Assembly: GCF_009914755.1 (NCBI RefSeq)
Contig: NC_060947.1
DNA: 64,000 nt
Reading direction: 5' to 3' (one strand)
Source of the DNA: the human T2T-CHM13v2.0 reference genome, Homo sapiens
Below the pieces are notes generated by a model that was not told where the DNA came from, made no database searches, and saw nothing but the letters and a program-made list of their open reading frames with translations. Position 1 is the stretch's first letter. Every line of letters begins with the position of its first letter. Shown here piece after piece: positions 28,333 to 44,306 of this stretch. The translations under genes were made by a program, and so were the position numbers.

Positions 28333-28838
28333 TGTACCATTGAGTGTCTAACCAGGAAAATGAAACTACTGCAGATATTTCACACAGAGGGAATTTAATA
28401 TAAGGAATTGGCTCCACTGGTGATGGAAGAGCTGAGAAGTCACACAGAGAATGGTGAGGTAACCTGGAGTTTAGCAATGGTAGTAACCTGCTACCTCTCT
28501 CAAGCTGGAGGGACATAGGGAAGGGGCCAAGCTAACAGAACCTAAGGGCTGGTGGCACTCTGGAAAGGCTGGAACAATGGTGAGCCAGCCTGGAGGGAGT
28601 GGAAACCCCAGAGGATACATGGCCATGGTCTCTAAGAGGGAAGGGAGGAAATACCCTACCTCTTCCCTTCCTCCTGCCCTCCAATCTCCTCTGGGTGCCT
28701 CCTCTTGGCTGAGCCCAGCCAAGCCCAGCCCAGCCCAGCTAGAAGCCAGTAGACCTGGGATATGCAGCCTGCAGGGGTAAGCAAAGCAGTAGAAGGTGAG
28801 GAATGGATCTAGGGGAACAGGCCCAGGGCAGCACAGCA
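28333..28838. mobile_element. Ancient LTR (LTR78/79/41-like; family uncertain)
   Basis: tgtacc..aaccaggaaaatgaaact..agagggaatttaatataaggaattgg..gtgatggaagagctgagaag..gaatggatct. Confidence 0.6.
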
Positions 28839-30099
28839 TCTTTTATTCCTAGGTATGGGTGAACTCCTGGAACTAGGTTTGTGCCATTGAATTTTCCTCC
28901 TCCAAGGACCCCTGATTTAGCCTGTTTCTTTGGTGACACCTACCTCCTAGTTGCCTCCCTGACCCACCTCAAACAGGCTTGACAGCAATCCGTTTTTGAC
29001 CACTTTCTGGGATAAAAAAGGAAGAGCTCAGAAGTTTGTAAAGGTGAGAGAAAGTGGTTTAGATTTGCCCAGTTATGCATTTGAGACCCAGATAGAAACT
29101 CCTGTTGATTTTGGGACACAAAGACCAAAGCTCCAGTCATTCAACAAAGGGCTGTGTCAGTGAATATCTTGGCAAGCAGATGTCAAAAAGAGCACTGCCA
29201 AATGTCCTGCCAGGAGAACTGGTTTGGCAACAAGCTGATAGACCCAAAGGACTAGAATACACCACCCGTTCTTCTTCTAGATACTACTTAATCAGCTCTG
29301 ATTAAAATAATAATTTCAACCTTTGTTATTTTGCAAAACCCTCTCCCAATTTGCTGGATTTTGCAGGACTGTTGTCTTCCTCTATCCACTGCCCTCCCTC
29401 CACCCCCAGGATCCCGCTTTCCATAGATATTTCTCTGTTAAAGGTAAGTTTGTTTGCAGGACTTTTTATTGCTGTCGTTCATTCCACAACCTTCTATGTA
29501 GATAATTGGAGATATCTGATGCCCTTAAACTAAAATGGGAAAACCCTGGCGGAAGAAAAATTGTGTCTGTGGTTCATAGCAGTTTTGCAAACTTTTATCA
29601 ATGAAAAAAGAAACTCATGGTTATTTGGGTTCATGATTGCGATGAGATAAAAGGGAAACCCTACACCTCATTCAGGGTTGGGTGCACAATAGGTTCTCAT
29701 AAAAGAAATGCTCGCTGAATGGATGGGAACATGCAAAATGTACAGTACCCTGTTCATTCCCTTTGACAGGTGCCTTTTTGTTTTAAATACACATGGCAGC
29801 ATTTGATAGCATGCAACTAATGCCTTGGAGTTTTTCTGGGGACTTAATAAAGCCCAAATAGTAAAAGGTCTTCAAGGTTTTGTTTGGTTTCTTTTAAGGG
29901 GTTGCTACCTCTGTCCTCTGTACTGTTGAGTTTATGATGAATTTGAGGCTTATGTGTATGTTGAGTCACTTTATCTGCTTGATCACTTTTATATTCTGTA
30001 GCTTTAAATATTTATTATGCAAGCTTTCAGAGAATGACATAACAGTCATGTATCAACCATTCAGTTCTACCAAAGCTAACGTTTCTCCCACGCCTGCTT

Positions 30100-30850
30100 T
30101 CTGTTTAAAGAAATAAAATGTTAGTTAGAATTGAAAGCCCCTGCTTTCCCATCCTAATCTAATTCTGTCCTTTCCCCAGTGTTAACTTTTATTCTAACTT
30201 TTGTATTTCCTCACCTCGATATGTTTTAATATTATTACTATGTATGTATATATTCAATAATAGTATTAACATGTTTTTAAATTTTGCAGAGCTCATATAA
30301 TGTATGTGTCATTCTGTAACTTGCTTTATGATTTAAACATATCGATACACATGGTGTACTGTATTCATCTTTAACTGCCCTGAGGAATGCTATTAAAGGA
30401 ATACAGTACAATTTATTTATGCATGCTCCTATTGATGGGTATTTAGGTTACTTCCAATTTCTTGCTCCTGCAAACAGTGCTGCCATAAATAATTATGTCA
30501 AATGTCCTTATGGCACATGGGGGAAAAGGTCTCTAGGGCAGTGGATCTCAATCTTTTGTACACATCAGAATTGCCTAGGGATCTTTGAAAAGTCCCACTG
30601 CCAGGTTGCACCCAGACTAATTAAATCCGAATCACTAAGGTGAAGCCCAGGCACCTGTATTTTTTTAAAACTCCCCAGATGATTCCAATGTGCTGCCAGC
30701 ATTGACAGCCATTGCTTTAGGTCACATAACTAGAAATGAAGTTTCTGGGCCAAAATGTTTGTTCCTCTTCAGCTTTCTCGATATTACCAAATTATTCTCC
30801 AATGTGGTCTTTCCAATGGAAACGCCACCAGCAGGGTATGAGATCTCCTG
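30100..30850 (-). mobile_element. Old L1ME fragment interrupted by MER5A (~30538-30715)
   Basis: ctcctattgatgggtatttaggttacttccaattt..aaacagtgctgc; MER5A ggatctcaatctt..cacatcagaatt..ctccccagatgattccaatgtgc. Confidence 0.7.
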
Positions 30851-32114
30851 TGCCTGTGGCATTATCTCCTCACCTAAACTTGATTAATCTTGTCCCTGCA
30901 GGGATCTCAAAGGGATGTGTCGAGAGATATCCCTTTGATGGCCTTCCCACACCTGCCTCTATCTGATTTATCCCCTGGTAAAAATTTTGCCTCGCCCAAA
31001 AGTCATGGAGTAGGAACCGTTCTCACAAAGTATAACTAAAAACTTGGGGCATCCAACACCACCTGATTTTGCAATTCAGGGTGTTGCAGTCAAGAGGTTG
31101 TTGCCATTAATTCTTGTTTGTATAGTCTAACATTCATTTCGTGGCGTGATGTGGTGCTTATCTGTGATATCTAGGTTTGGGGGTAGAAAATGACACAAGC
31201 CTTGTTGCTATGATGTTGCTATACCTTCCATTTAGCCACAGGTCCAATATGATAGTGCCCTGAGCATCTGGAAAAACAAGATGCTCAGCCCAAACTCATA
31301 CTTCCATGATGGTTAGATCAGAGTTATTGCGGAGAAACAACAAAGAGATCCTAGCCTTGACCTTAATCAAGCTATAGCTGTGTCGAAATAAATAATTTCT
31401 AGCCATGATGTCCTCTCTCTTTGGACATTGTGGACACTTGAGTGAGGTTTTTTTAAGCTGCTCACATGCTGAAAGCTTATGTTAAACCCTCTCCCTGTGT
31501 TGATGCAGATTTAGAAAATTTCATGGATAAAAATTGATGGGGTTACAATTGTTACCCACTTTGAATTTAACAACCTTAAACATAATACAGTAAACTTCCC
31601 TCATAGTATGCAAGTAAAATGCCATGCCATGAAGTTGATGAAAAATTGGGCAAGTCTTCATAGCTACCTGGCCAGGAGTTCCAGAAGTCTGACTGTGTGA
31701 TCAAAATCTGTTCTAGCACTGGCTGCAGTTTCTGGTGGCAGTGGACCTCTCTGGCTTAAATATTCATGGGGATGATTCTGGGTCCTATGGTTGGCTAGGA
31801 TACTCCAGGAATCTCCTGGAGAGTTGGCACTCTTTCATTGGCCTATTTGGGGAGATTGGGTCAGAAGAATACTGGGGACTCAGGGACTTACTGTCTTCCT
31901 CCCTGCATCACTTGCTGACACAGGGTTGCCTGCCATTTCCCAGTCCAGCCTCACCTTCCCCTACACAATTCTATCCACTTTCCCCTAAATAGAAGTTTAT
32001 TTTGCCCCTTTTTGAAAGCACAACCCACCACTAACTGCATTAAATCCAGAATCTTGCTATCATGGGTGACTTATTGCAGGGTTTTACTCTTGAACTTATC
32101 TTTGCTTCCAACTC

Positions 32115-32471
32115 TGTGTCTTGGATTGGGTTCCCGAGAGACAGCACCCGACACAGGGATTCTAGTGCATGTGATTTATTGGGAGAGAGTTCTCGGGGGA
32201 AACCTGTAAGAGTATGAAGGAAGCTGAATGGGGCACAGGACACTGCTGAGCTGGAATGTGGTCTCATATGGAGCCTAGCTTTGCTTTTATCTGCAGGGAG
32301 AGAGCTTTTGTCATGGGAAAGGAGTGACTTACCTTCCAGGCAAGGTGGCTCTCATCGGCCAAGGAGAACTCTCCTGAGAAGTGAGTAGTTGTGAGACACT
32401 AGCAGCCACCACTCACAGTATCTGGAGAATAGCTACACAGGCTTGGTAAAGGGGATCCGGGTGGGGCACCC
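32115..32471 (-). mobile_element. LTR16A-like ERVL solo LTR
   Basis: tgtcttggattgggttccc..gtgatttattgggaga..ggtaaaggggatccgggtggggcacc. Confidence 0.7.
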
Positions 32472-32480
32472 TGTCCTGGG

Positions 32481-32549
32481 TGCAGGGCTCTGAAAGGAGA
32501 TGAACTTTCAGCTCTCACACATTGCCATGCAGGGCTCTGAAAGGAGATG
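32481..32549. repeat. 22-bp perfect direct repeat with 25-bp spacer
   Basis: tgcagggctctgaaaggagatg at 32481-32502 and 32528-32549. Confidence 0.95.
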
Positions 32550-33329
32550 GGCTTCATGTGGATAGTCAAATAACAAGCATGACATCCATGGGTATGGAGT
32601 GCTATAAAATGACTATGTTTAATAATGCGTCTTTCTTCTGGCTACAGGTCTGAGTATATTTTGCTGTTTTAATCTTAATCCTGGAATTGAGTCTGGGACT
32701 TCCTCCGTGCCTGTAAACCACTTTGATGTTATGTTGAGAAGCATTCTGAGGCACATGTGTGAACTGATAACCAGGATAAGTGGCATGATGAAATTAATCC
32801 CCTAGTAGATGGGAAAGGAAGGCCAGTGCCTTTCCCAGTCTGGGCTTCTAGAGATGATTCACAAGCTGGGGCTTTAAGGCATGGAGAACAAACAGTAGAC
32901 ACAAGAGTGTTGGATGCAATTACTTCCTTAAGCCATAAAGCTGGAGAACCCAGATGATTGAAGTGAATGTTTGTTAGGCTGAGGTCAGGTTTGATTTTGC
33001 TGGGAGCCTTCCTTGATTCTGATTGTGTCTTATCATTTGTTTGTCTTCTGAAGGTTGTGGAGGAGGAGGGAAGGGTTCATAGAAATGCCCTGGCTGTGAT
33101 CCCATTGTTGCTGGTTGTAATGTCTGGCCACGTTTCCTCCTGCGGTGTCTGATTGGAACTTCCACTCTGATCAAGCAGCAGGAGCAATAAATAGCTAGGT
33201 CTGTGCCTCCTTTTCTATGTGAAGCTAGGGAAAGGACTTTATGAGCTTTAAGCGGTAACTTGATGGAAGACTTTACGCCTCTGCACATACTGTCAGATGC
33301 TCCCTCAGAAGAGAATGACAAGGGTTCAA

Positions 33330-33580
33330 GGTAGCATGGAGTAGGGACAAGTGTGTGTGGCTTTTGCGTTAGGCAGACTGGGGTTTGAATCTTGATTCCA
33401 GTGCTTATCAGCTGTGCGAACTTTCTTAGTTGAGTCCCTTACCTGCTCCCAGACTCAATTGTTTCACCTGAAAGTGGGGATAATAGTACCTGTTTTAAAG
33501 GGTTATTTGAGAGATTAAGTGAAATAGTGTTGTGTAAATTGCCTGTCATTGTAAATACTCAATAAGTGACATCTATTATT
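33330..33580 (+). mobile_element. MIR SINE, near full length
   Basis: cagactggggtttgaatctt..gggataatagtacct..gagattaagtga..ctcaataa. Confidence 0.8.
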
Positions 33581-33679
33581 AGAGCTTTCTTTAAAAGTTG
33601 TGCTGCATTTCTGATTTATGGGGAGGTCAGAATAGACCAGAGCTAATAGCCCTTCTTGAGGAGATCAAGAAAGGGATCA

Positions 33680-33959
33680 GGCCAGGCAGGGTGGCTCACA
33701 GCTGTAATCCTAGCACTTTAGGAGATTGAGGAGGGAGGATTCCCTGAGCCCAGGAGTTTGAGACCAGCCTGGACAACATGGCAAAACCCTGTCTCTAGAA
33801 AAAAAATCAGCCATGTGTGGTGGTGCATGCCTGTGGGCCCAGGCTGAGATGGGAGGATCACTTGAGCATGGGAGGTTGAGGCTGCAGTGAGCCGTCATTG
33901 TACCACTGCACTCTAGCCTGGGTGACAGAGCAAGACCCTATCTCAAGAAAAAAAAAAAA
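33680..33959 (+). mobile_element. AluJ
   Basis: ggccaggcagggtggctcac..tgagcccaggagtttgagaccagcc..A-tail. Confidence 0.92.
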
Positions 33960-34032
33960 GTGGGGGGATTAGGATATTTAGAAGGACTTACTTCCTTGAG
34001 ACCATAGCCAAGGTGGAAATAAGAGAAGGTCA

Positions 34033-34341
<309 letters not shown>

Positions 34342-35100
34342 AAGATGTGTGGGCTGGGTAACAACAAGTCTTGAATGTTCCAGGACGGTGATGATTTCAG
34401 ATATTCCCTTTCAGCGAGAAACCAAGTATATAGATTTGGGGTTCATAGAAAACATGATCACTATCCTTGTGAGAAAATGCAGCTCTAGGCCAACTTGCTT
34501 GGGAATATTAAGAGTCTTTGGCACATCTTCAAAGAAAAGTTTCCCCATGGGGTTACTTCTGACGTTTATGCTTCCAGTTTCAATTGTTTGGTGGAGAGTC
34601 CATTGAACTCAGTTAATTCTTTTTATTTACCTCAATGTTCGATATGACAGGCCAACATTTTAAGTGCTATTCTAAATTGTAGCTTGTGTACACTCGGGAA
34701 AAAAGGGCCTATTTGTCTCCTCGGGTCTCCTCCATTTTTTTCTTCCTGCATTGGTTAATGTTCCCTTCTCCTTGTTGAATATTTGGAAGTTTCCTTCCAA
34801 AGCTTGGGAGGGGCTAGTTTCACAGGAAGGTCACATGAACACGATCTCATGGGCAGTTCATTGACTCTGCCCAGCTTTAATCTCTGCGGTTGGAGCAGGA
34901 GAGTGAAGGGCAGTGGACAGACACTGCCCTCTCCCTCTCCATTTATTCTCCTCCTTCCATGCCCCTTTTCTGCCTGGAACCTTCTCCATGCTCTAGTTAA
35001 CAAATGTGCATTTCAGCATTCAGGCTGAAACTCAACTGCCAGCACAAGGCAAGTAATGCCATTTGACTTAAGAACAATCTGCATTTAAGAAGTCAGGGTT

Positions 35101-35417
<317 letters not shown>

Positions 35418-35984
35418 CTAGTCTGCCCGATGCTTCTGCTTTAGAACAAATTAAAGAGGGGGACCTCAGCCCATCTTTATATCCCAGCTTTATCCATTTA
35501 CCTGTCAGAAACACACCCTGTTTTCCTTTGAGTTTCTCTACATCCCACTTTCAACTCTTCCCTCTCTTGTGCCTCCAGTATCCTGAGTCTACAGTTCCCA
35601 CCTCCATAGCTCCCAATGCACACAGTGAACATCCTCTTTAAAAATGACCTAATCTTTCTAGAACCTTAAGGCTGGCAAAGAAAAAAATATCAATGCATCC
35701 CTTGCCTTCCTGGCCCTTATAAATTTTTAAATGACACAACATGTGTTTCTAGAAGGGAAAGTGTTATTTGAATTCTTGGGTTTTGCCCTGGCAATGATGG
35801 GCCTATTAACCTCCCATTAACATTGGCTTTTTGATGATGGCCAAACCATTATCCTTTTCATTTCACTTTTTAAAATTACTGCTTGATTACAGTGAAAGTG
35901 TTGTATAAAAATGGTAATGTTGGAGTGAGGATGCCCCACTTTAGGACCTCAAGATCTCAGTGACTTTATTTTGCTTAAAGAAAC

Positions 35985-36215
35985 ATTGATATGGTACTTA
36001 CTATGTGTCAGGTCATGTCCTGTGTGCTTTACAGCTACAAACCCACTTAATCCATATCACAATCCTATGTGATATAGACTACTGCTATCTTCATTTTACA
36101 GATGAGGAAATAGAGGCCCAGAGAGGTCAGGTAACTTACTCAAGGTCCTGTAAAATGCTGGGGTTTGAACCTACTCATTCTGGCTCCAGAGTCCCAGCTC
36201 AGAACCACTAGCACT
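35985..36215 (-). mobile_element. MIR SINE
   Basis: cattttacagatgaggaaatagaggcccagagaggtcaggtaactt..tggctccagagtcc. Confidence 0.85.
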
Positions 36216-36499
36216 GTTTTCTCTCTGTTGAGGATTATCTGGGACACCATTTCTTTATTTGTACAATGAAGGAGTTGAAATGTATAACTTCTGAATTCAT
36301 TCCAGGACTAATATCATGGGGGACAGTGATAATTTCAGGGTGTTTTGTAGGCCATAACACCTGGCTTTTATAATTTTTGTCCTGATCCATGTGTTGAAAT
36401 AATTATTTTGGGTAAAATATTCTGTGCATAGCTCTTAAGTCCCATGCCCAGCCATTCTGTGATCCCAACATTGAGGAGGAGAAACAACCCTTGAATGAA

Positions 36500-36792
36500 T
36501 TGACTTCCCAAAGCACATTCCAAGACCCACCAATGCAGTGCCATGTTTGAAAGAAAGGGTTCCCCAGACAGGAAGTCTGGGAAACACTGCATATCACATC
36601 TCACCCTTTTCAGGAATCATAGTACACTGAACATATTGGAGGAACCTAGTTGTTCTGCAATTGGGAAACCAATTCAACTTTGATTATTCAAGTGTTTACC
36701 ACCCTTGTCTTACCAGGAAATCTACTCTTTGAGCAGCATTTTATTAGCATCCCCTACAACCAGGCTTCTGAAAGACACTAGGGGCACACTGG
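36500..36792. mobile_element. Degenerate hAT-Charlie MITE (MER112/113-like)
   Basis: aagtctgggaaacactgcata and internal motifs; family from recall. Confidence 0.35.
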
Positions 36793-37399
36793 CTGACACA
36801 TTTTTATAAGTGGTTTCTACAGCTTTTAATCTGCAGAGATGCGAAAGTTTTACTCTTTTGTGCTGGTACCCATCTGTGTATATATAGCTGTATAAATATT
36901 AGGAACAACAGGAGTCTTCTGTAAAAAGATACATATCTACCACCTCTTGAGATTCTCAGCTAACAAGATATGTATACTTCTCCCACAGCCATCCTTATGG
37001 TGAAAATATTCACTTAAATACAAACTGTACATGTAAAGATGTGAAATTGACCCTCAAGCTGTCTCTCTCTTCACAGTTCCATGCCAGCTAGAGAATGTGG
37101 TCAAACGTTGACTTTCTCTCACCCTCTTCTTACATCATCTTTTCTTCCCATATATTCTTGGGCTTTTTCTGTATTTATTTCCTTTGGCTTTCCATTTCTA
37201 TTTTCCCCTCCTTCCTCTACCTTTCATAATTCCCAAAGACAAGGATGTTCAGGAGAGAGAGGACTGGCAGCTAACAGAACAATGTCCCTAAACACTGAGG
37301 CTGGGTCACCACATGTGGCAACGCAGTGTTTCCATTTGCTGATTTATTATTTTTACAATGCCCACTTGCAAAAAGGGTTTCTTTACTCCACTTGCTAGT

Positions 37400-38090
37400 T
37401 TTCTTTTATGGTGTGTAATTTTGAATTAAAAAATTAAAATACATGTACACTGTTAAAAATAAAACCTAACTCTAAAGAAAGGAATAAAATAAAATGAAAT
37501 GTGAAAGTCTTCCTCTCCCCTGAGTTCTAGTCTTCTCTCCAAAGATAAACACTGCTAACAGGTTCATGTGTATCATTTCAGAAAGGTTTTATTCAACTAC
37601 CTATGTGTGTGTGTGTGTGAATATATATGTATATATATATAATGTAAATAAATCTATCTCATACTACACACAATGTTCATTATCTTGCTTTTTAGTTGCC
37701 TTAATAACAAACCTTAGACATCTTTCTAGTTCTAAATTAGCTACTCATTTTTTTCATCAGATGCAGAATATTTAAAACTTTATAATATATTGAACCAGTA
37801 CCCAATGACAGATGTAGGTTTTTCCATTTTCTGCTATCAACATTGCTGCATTGTGTATTCTTTTACATATAATTTGGCTTACTTTTGCAGCTATGTCTGG
37901 GAGTAAATTCCATACAGTGGAATTGCCAGTTCAAAGGGTGGTATGTTTTCTAACTGGAGAAAAGTTTGCCAAATTGCCCTCCAATTAGGTTGCACCATTT
38001 GTGTTTTTACCCTGTGTGTATGAGAACCTTCTTCCTTCCAACCTGCAACAACCTTAGGTATTACCAAGCTTTTAACTTTTGCTCATCCGA
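37400..38090 (-). mobile_element. Old L1ME fragment with (TG/TA)n inside
   Basis: cagtggaattgccagttcaaaggg..ttgccaaattgccctccaa..ggttgcacca. Confidence 0.7.
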
Positions 38091-38224
38091 AATAGCTGAT
38101 ACAAGTTATATTTGCTGATTTAAAATGACAACTGTCATTTTGATTGTGATTTACTTTACAGAATACAGATTACGCCTTCTTATTTAATCTGCATAATGAA
38201 TAGTGACACCGGGATCAGTGTTTT

Positions 38225-38330
38225 TTTTTTTTTTCCATATGAGGAAGCAGAGGCTCAAAGAGGGAAAGTGACTTGCCCGAGCCAAGCAGTGAGAGAACAG
38301 AGAATCAAAATCAGGTTTCCTGACTCAAGA
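38225..38330 (-). mobile_element. MIR fragment
   Basis: atgaggaagcagaggctcaaagagggaaagtgacttgccc. Confidence 0.7.
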
Positions 38331-38839
38331 TTGATTGATTGACTGATTTTTCTAAATCGCACTGTCTCTCCAGCAGGGGTGAGGGTGAAAATATTGTGTG
38401 GATATGTGTGTGTATGAGTGTGTGTGCATGTGCCTGTATATGCATGTGTGTGCTTCTGTAATGGGGAACTGGGGCCTGAGGAGGGAAGATGACTGAATGT
38501 AGGATCTTTTCCCTTCTTCTCTCCACTAGTCCCCCTTAATACCCTGAAAAAGAATCACATTTGAGCATCAGGTGCTTTCTTCAACATGATCAGATTTAAT
38601 TCTCACACCCAGCATCATTCTTCCTCATCTGACTCTCGGCCAAATCCTCACTTTGTGGATCCCACAGAAATAGAACTGAGGAATATGGAAATAAGAGGCC
38701 ATGTGTGAAATTTAAGTTAGAGCCAAGTCAGAACTTTGTCACCTCACATTTCTAAAGCACTCAGTCCTAGAATCGGCACCCACAGGCTGCTTTTCTTATC
38801 TCTTATTCACACACACCCCACTTAAAGTCAGGTGCACTT

Positions 38840-39167
<328 letters not shown>

Positions 39168-39304
39168 TCAGGTGCACTTGTCCTGATGGTACTGAGAGAC
39201 TTCAGGGACTTAGAATCTTTGCCTCTTTCTCCTTGTGACTGTTGGTAATTCCTTGAGAGAGAGGGTAACTACAGAAATGTCTGCCTTTTAAATTCTCAAC
39301 AAGA

Positions 39305-39452
39305 TAGTGGATTGGCCTCTAGCATCTATTCTCACATCCTTCCAGCATATCTTCCTATAATATGCTAGAGAGGCTGGAAAGCTAGAAATGATGTTTTTCA
39401 GACTCCCTTGCAGCTAGGTTCCAGTTGGAAAGTAGATTTTGTTAAGTAGATG
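39305..39452 (+). mobile_element. LTR33-like ERVL LTR 5' fragment
   Basis: gaggctggaaagctagaaa..cagactcccttgcagctagg. Confidence 0.55.
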
Positions 39453-40610
39453 TAGCTACTTAATCCACTGGCAGATTTTTCAGGTTCACTGGCTTCTAGG
39501 GCATAAATCTGTGACATATCTTCTCCCTGGCCACATTTAAGGCTGGGGAAAAAAACACCAGTCAGATTAGATGACTAATCTTGCTAAAATGGAGTATAGT
39601 TTGAAATGTCTACTTTTCAGATTCCTTACTACCTTTTGTAGTTGACAGATTTTTTTCCAGTCTGTATCTGGGTTGTATTACAATCCCATTGGCCAGTCTT
39701 ATTAGGCTTCTTGCTAAAGCAAACAATCCCTAAGTAGCCAACAAACAAAAACAGGACAAAAGTTTCTACTCTTCCTTTGTAAAAGGTGACATCTTCAGAT
39801 GCCATATATTATGGGCTTCATAAATGTATACTTAGTTCATGGATCATTAACAATCATGAAATGAGTGGAGAGATAATGTTACTGATGTTTTGACATCTGG
39901 GGTATTTCTGTGGTGAGATATTTTCTGTTGTAACTTGGGTGCTCCTGTGAACTTGTCTGTCACACCTTTCCCGCCCTTCACTTGTGCTGGAGTTTTGCTT
40001 TGAGATGGAAAAACACAAATACCTAAAAAAACATACCTCACCCCACTGTAATGAAGATCAAAGTGAAAAAATGAAGAATGGCAAGACATCCCAGGTGTGT
40101 TTTTAAATTCCCAGAAAATTTTGCCTCTGGGGATTCTCCGTGCTTCTTGCCAGAAAAGGTTTTCCCTTTTAGAACGTAAGGCACTGTTGCTTATTTTTCA
40201 GTTACAGATGGGGATTTTTAGTAAAGACCTGGCCCCCTCTCACCATTGTTTACCCGAGGTGTCTGATCACTTTCTTTATTGGCATATTGCCCAAGACATA
40301 GACAAAACTGCTAAAGGGTTTTGGATGCATTAGCTGAGCAAAAGGTGTGTGTTCCTCTGTCTCTAGAGCACAAATTTGATTAGCCCTTTTTATTAGGAGT
40401 CAAGAATGACATTCAGTCTTAACCTAGCTCATCTCTCACACTGTGGCTTTGGTGTTTCACCTTCTTTCTCTGAAAGATGGGGGCAAGCATGATAAAGGAC
40501 AGCATTTCTTGGGTGTTTACTCTGCCAGGCATAGTGCTAAAGTGTTTTGCATATACTATCTCATTTAATCCTCATAGTAAGCCTGAGGTTGTTATTGTTA
40601 TTATTATTAT

Positions 40611-41500
<890 letters not shown>

Positions 41501-41786
41501 GTCAGCATGTGGAAGTGTGGGTACAGAGAAGGTAAGGGGTTGGAGATAGGATTCAAACCCAGAGCCTTCATGTAACCACCATGTGGTGCTGCTTCCTATA
41601 ATACAGCACTGTCCCTGGAATCCCTCTTAGGGAACTAGCTTATAACAAAGTCTCTTTAGCATTTGGTAATGAAAGTCCTGCAGGCATGATGGGGTTCAGG
41701 TAGAATCCCTTTAAAGTATCAGCTGCTCTCCAGCAAATGGTGGTGTTGGGAGGCATTCTTCTTTATTCTTGAACTTCAGGTAATAG

Positions 41787-42122
<336 letters not shown>

Positions 42123-42169
42123 TAGAAGTAGTTTTAATCTCTATGGCATGTTACTCTTAAAAAATATTT

Positions 42170-42335
42170 TTACCTAGGGTTTTCATTTGGCCATTATAAC
42201 AACCATCTGAGGTAGCCAGCTTTATAACTTGCATCTCCATTTTACAAATGAAGAAACTGGGACTCAGAGAGGTCAAGGAACTTGCTCAAGGTCACACAGC
42301 TTAAAGGTAGACAATCCAGGGCCTATACTGGGTCT
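42170..42335 (-). mobile_element. MIR SINE
   Basis: ccattttacaaatgaagaaactgggactcagagaggtcaaggaacttgctcaaggtcacacagc. Confidence 0.85.
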
Positions 42336-44099
42336 TCTATGGCCTTGTTGCCTCTCCACTTAGCAATAAGAAATGGTTAGAAAACAGGCACATGCAAACT
42401 GCCTTCTTTACATCAAAAGCTAGTTGTAATAAAGGAGTGAAGTTTTATAGCTATCATGCCATAATAATGGTAACAACAGCAGCCACAATAGTAGCAGCAG
42501 ACAATTCCAGCGTCTCTACATTGTGCTTATGCAGCAAATATAATCCAGCACACAGTAACTTTCTACTAACATTTTTTAATCAGTTCACTTTAGTATGTGG
42601 AATAAGCATCATAAAAGCTCTCAATCCTGAAATGTGTACCCTGGTCTCCCAGGGTCTACCTTGAAGTTTATCCCCGACAGTTGTTCATCCTTGGTGACCT
42701 TACCGTTGACTACAACTAGAAACTGTTATTTTATTTCTCTTTTTCAGTGTCTCTTTCTATTTCCCACTATCTCAGATCATATGAACCATCTCCTGTTTTG
42801 TAGTTAAGCACCTGGAAGTGAAACATCAAGTGAGCAGAAAGAGCTAGGCACAGAATTCTGGGTGCCTTTCTAGAACTTTCCAAATTGCCTTGCTTTCCCT
42901 TGGAGGGCTGAGCCCACCACACTTCTCCCTGAGTATTGGTCATGGGCCTTTACACAGCCTCCCAGTCTAGGTCTCATTCCACCTCATGAATTTACTGGTC
43001 TGCAGATGCCCACCTCCTGCTTTCTTGTTGGAATATTTGTTCCTAAGATGTCACGTGAAGATGATTTCAGTGTGAACCACTGCTAGTGAACAATGGGGAA
43101 AGCATTGCTTCCCAGGATGGCCAATACATACCCATGCCCAAGGTTAGCACTATTCCTATAGCAGCAGCTGAGCTGGTACTTAAGTAGTGAGGTTATAAAT
43201 CGAGTGGTGAGGCTGTTTAGATTTTCCCAAAGTAGCCTGGGTGGCTGGTCTCTCCATTTCCCTTTATCCATGAGGGATGGTTCTGTCTTTCTGATTCAGA
43301 CATTGTTACATGTAAAAATAAACTCCAGCCTTATTACTCTGACATTTTATATCTGGACATTTTTTGATGTGGGCATAAGGCTTCGTGGCCTATTTAACTG
43401 AAGACATAGATTTATTTACTCATCAATTCTAAAGCAATATTCTCCATCATTCAGTTTCATAGATGAGGGCTTTATTCATTTGACCAGCCTCAGAAATTAG
43501 CCATATTTGGGGTTAAGGAAAAATAAGGAATTGAGGCTGATGCACAAGAGATTGTCCCTGGTTGTAGATGGACTGGCTGGCTGCAGAATTCCAGTTCTGT
43601 GTTCAGCCATGGGTGGTGAGGTGGGATTGCCTTGGCCTTAAGCTCTAGGAGATTAAATGTACAGCAATTTCCTGAAGCTGAGTTATCTCTAGGAAGAGAG
43701 AAGCTGTTCTGGGGCCTTAAGTCACCTTACTTGTGGGTGGGCAGGATGTGACCTTGGCTGGGAGGCCCTCATGCCTGCCCCCTCTAGCTCTCTATAAACC
43801 ACTTACTGCCATTGAAGATTAAGGGAAGAGACAAATGACCATAGCCTGCCTGCCACCTCTTTGTTTTCTGATAGTGGGTGCAGTTGGGGGCTGGAGGGGC
43901 TGAGCACCACCGTAGGTCTCTCCATAGTGATTTCTAGGCACTCTTCTGCCCCTGTCACATAGTATAGGAACTTCTCCTGAGGCCAGTCAGAATCTGGCAG
44001 AACTAGTGTATTATTTGTTTGGCATTGTTTCCCAGGCTTGCCAGATAAGACAGTCACCTTTGGAGGCTGGCAGTGGGATGGGGAGAGGTTTGTTCATGA

Positions 44100-44228
44100 T
44101 AAAAAAAAGCTTCTTAGGCCCTTCCTCTAGAGAATTTGATTCAATAGATGTAGGGTAGGTCCCAGGAATCTGTATTTTAACAAACCTTGTGTTATTCCTA
44201 GTGCCAGGCAAGCTTGGAAAACACTGGC
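44100..44228. mobile_element. MER5-type hAT MITE fragment
   Basis: tgattcaatag..ggtcccaggaatctgtattttaacaaac..ttggaaaacactg. Confidence 0.65.
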
Positions 44229-44306
44229 TTACAGTAAGAGGTTTTGAAATGTGCAATCCCATCTCTTGTCTTCTTTTCTTCTGCAGTATTTTTCCCTTTT
44301 CTGCCT

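Noticed and set aside
28711-28741. (AGCCC)n resembling immunoglobulin switch repeats
   Set aside because: Only ~5 units inside an old LTR; local slippage.
32481-32549. CRISPR-like repeat-spacer-repeat
   Set aside because: Only two repeats, primate DNA, no cas genes; reported instead as a duplication scar.
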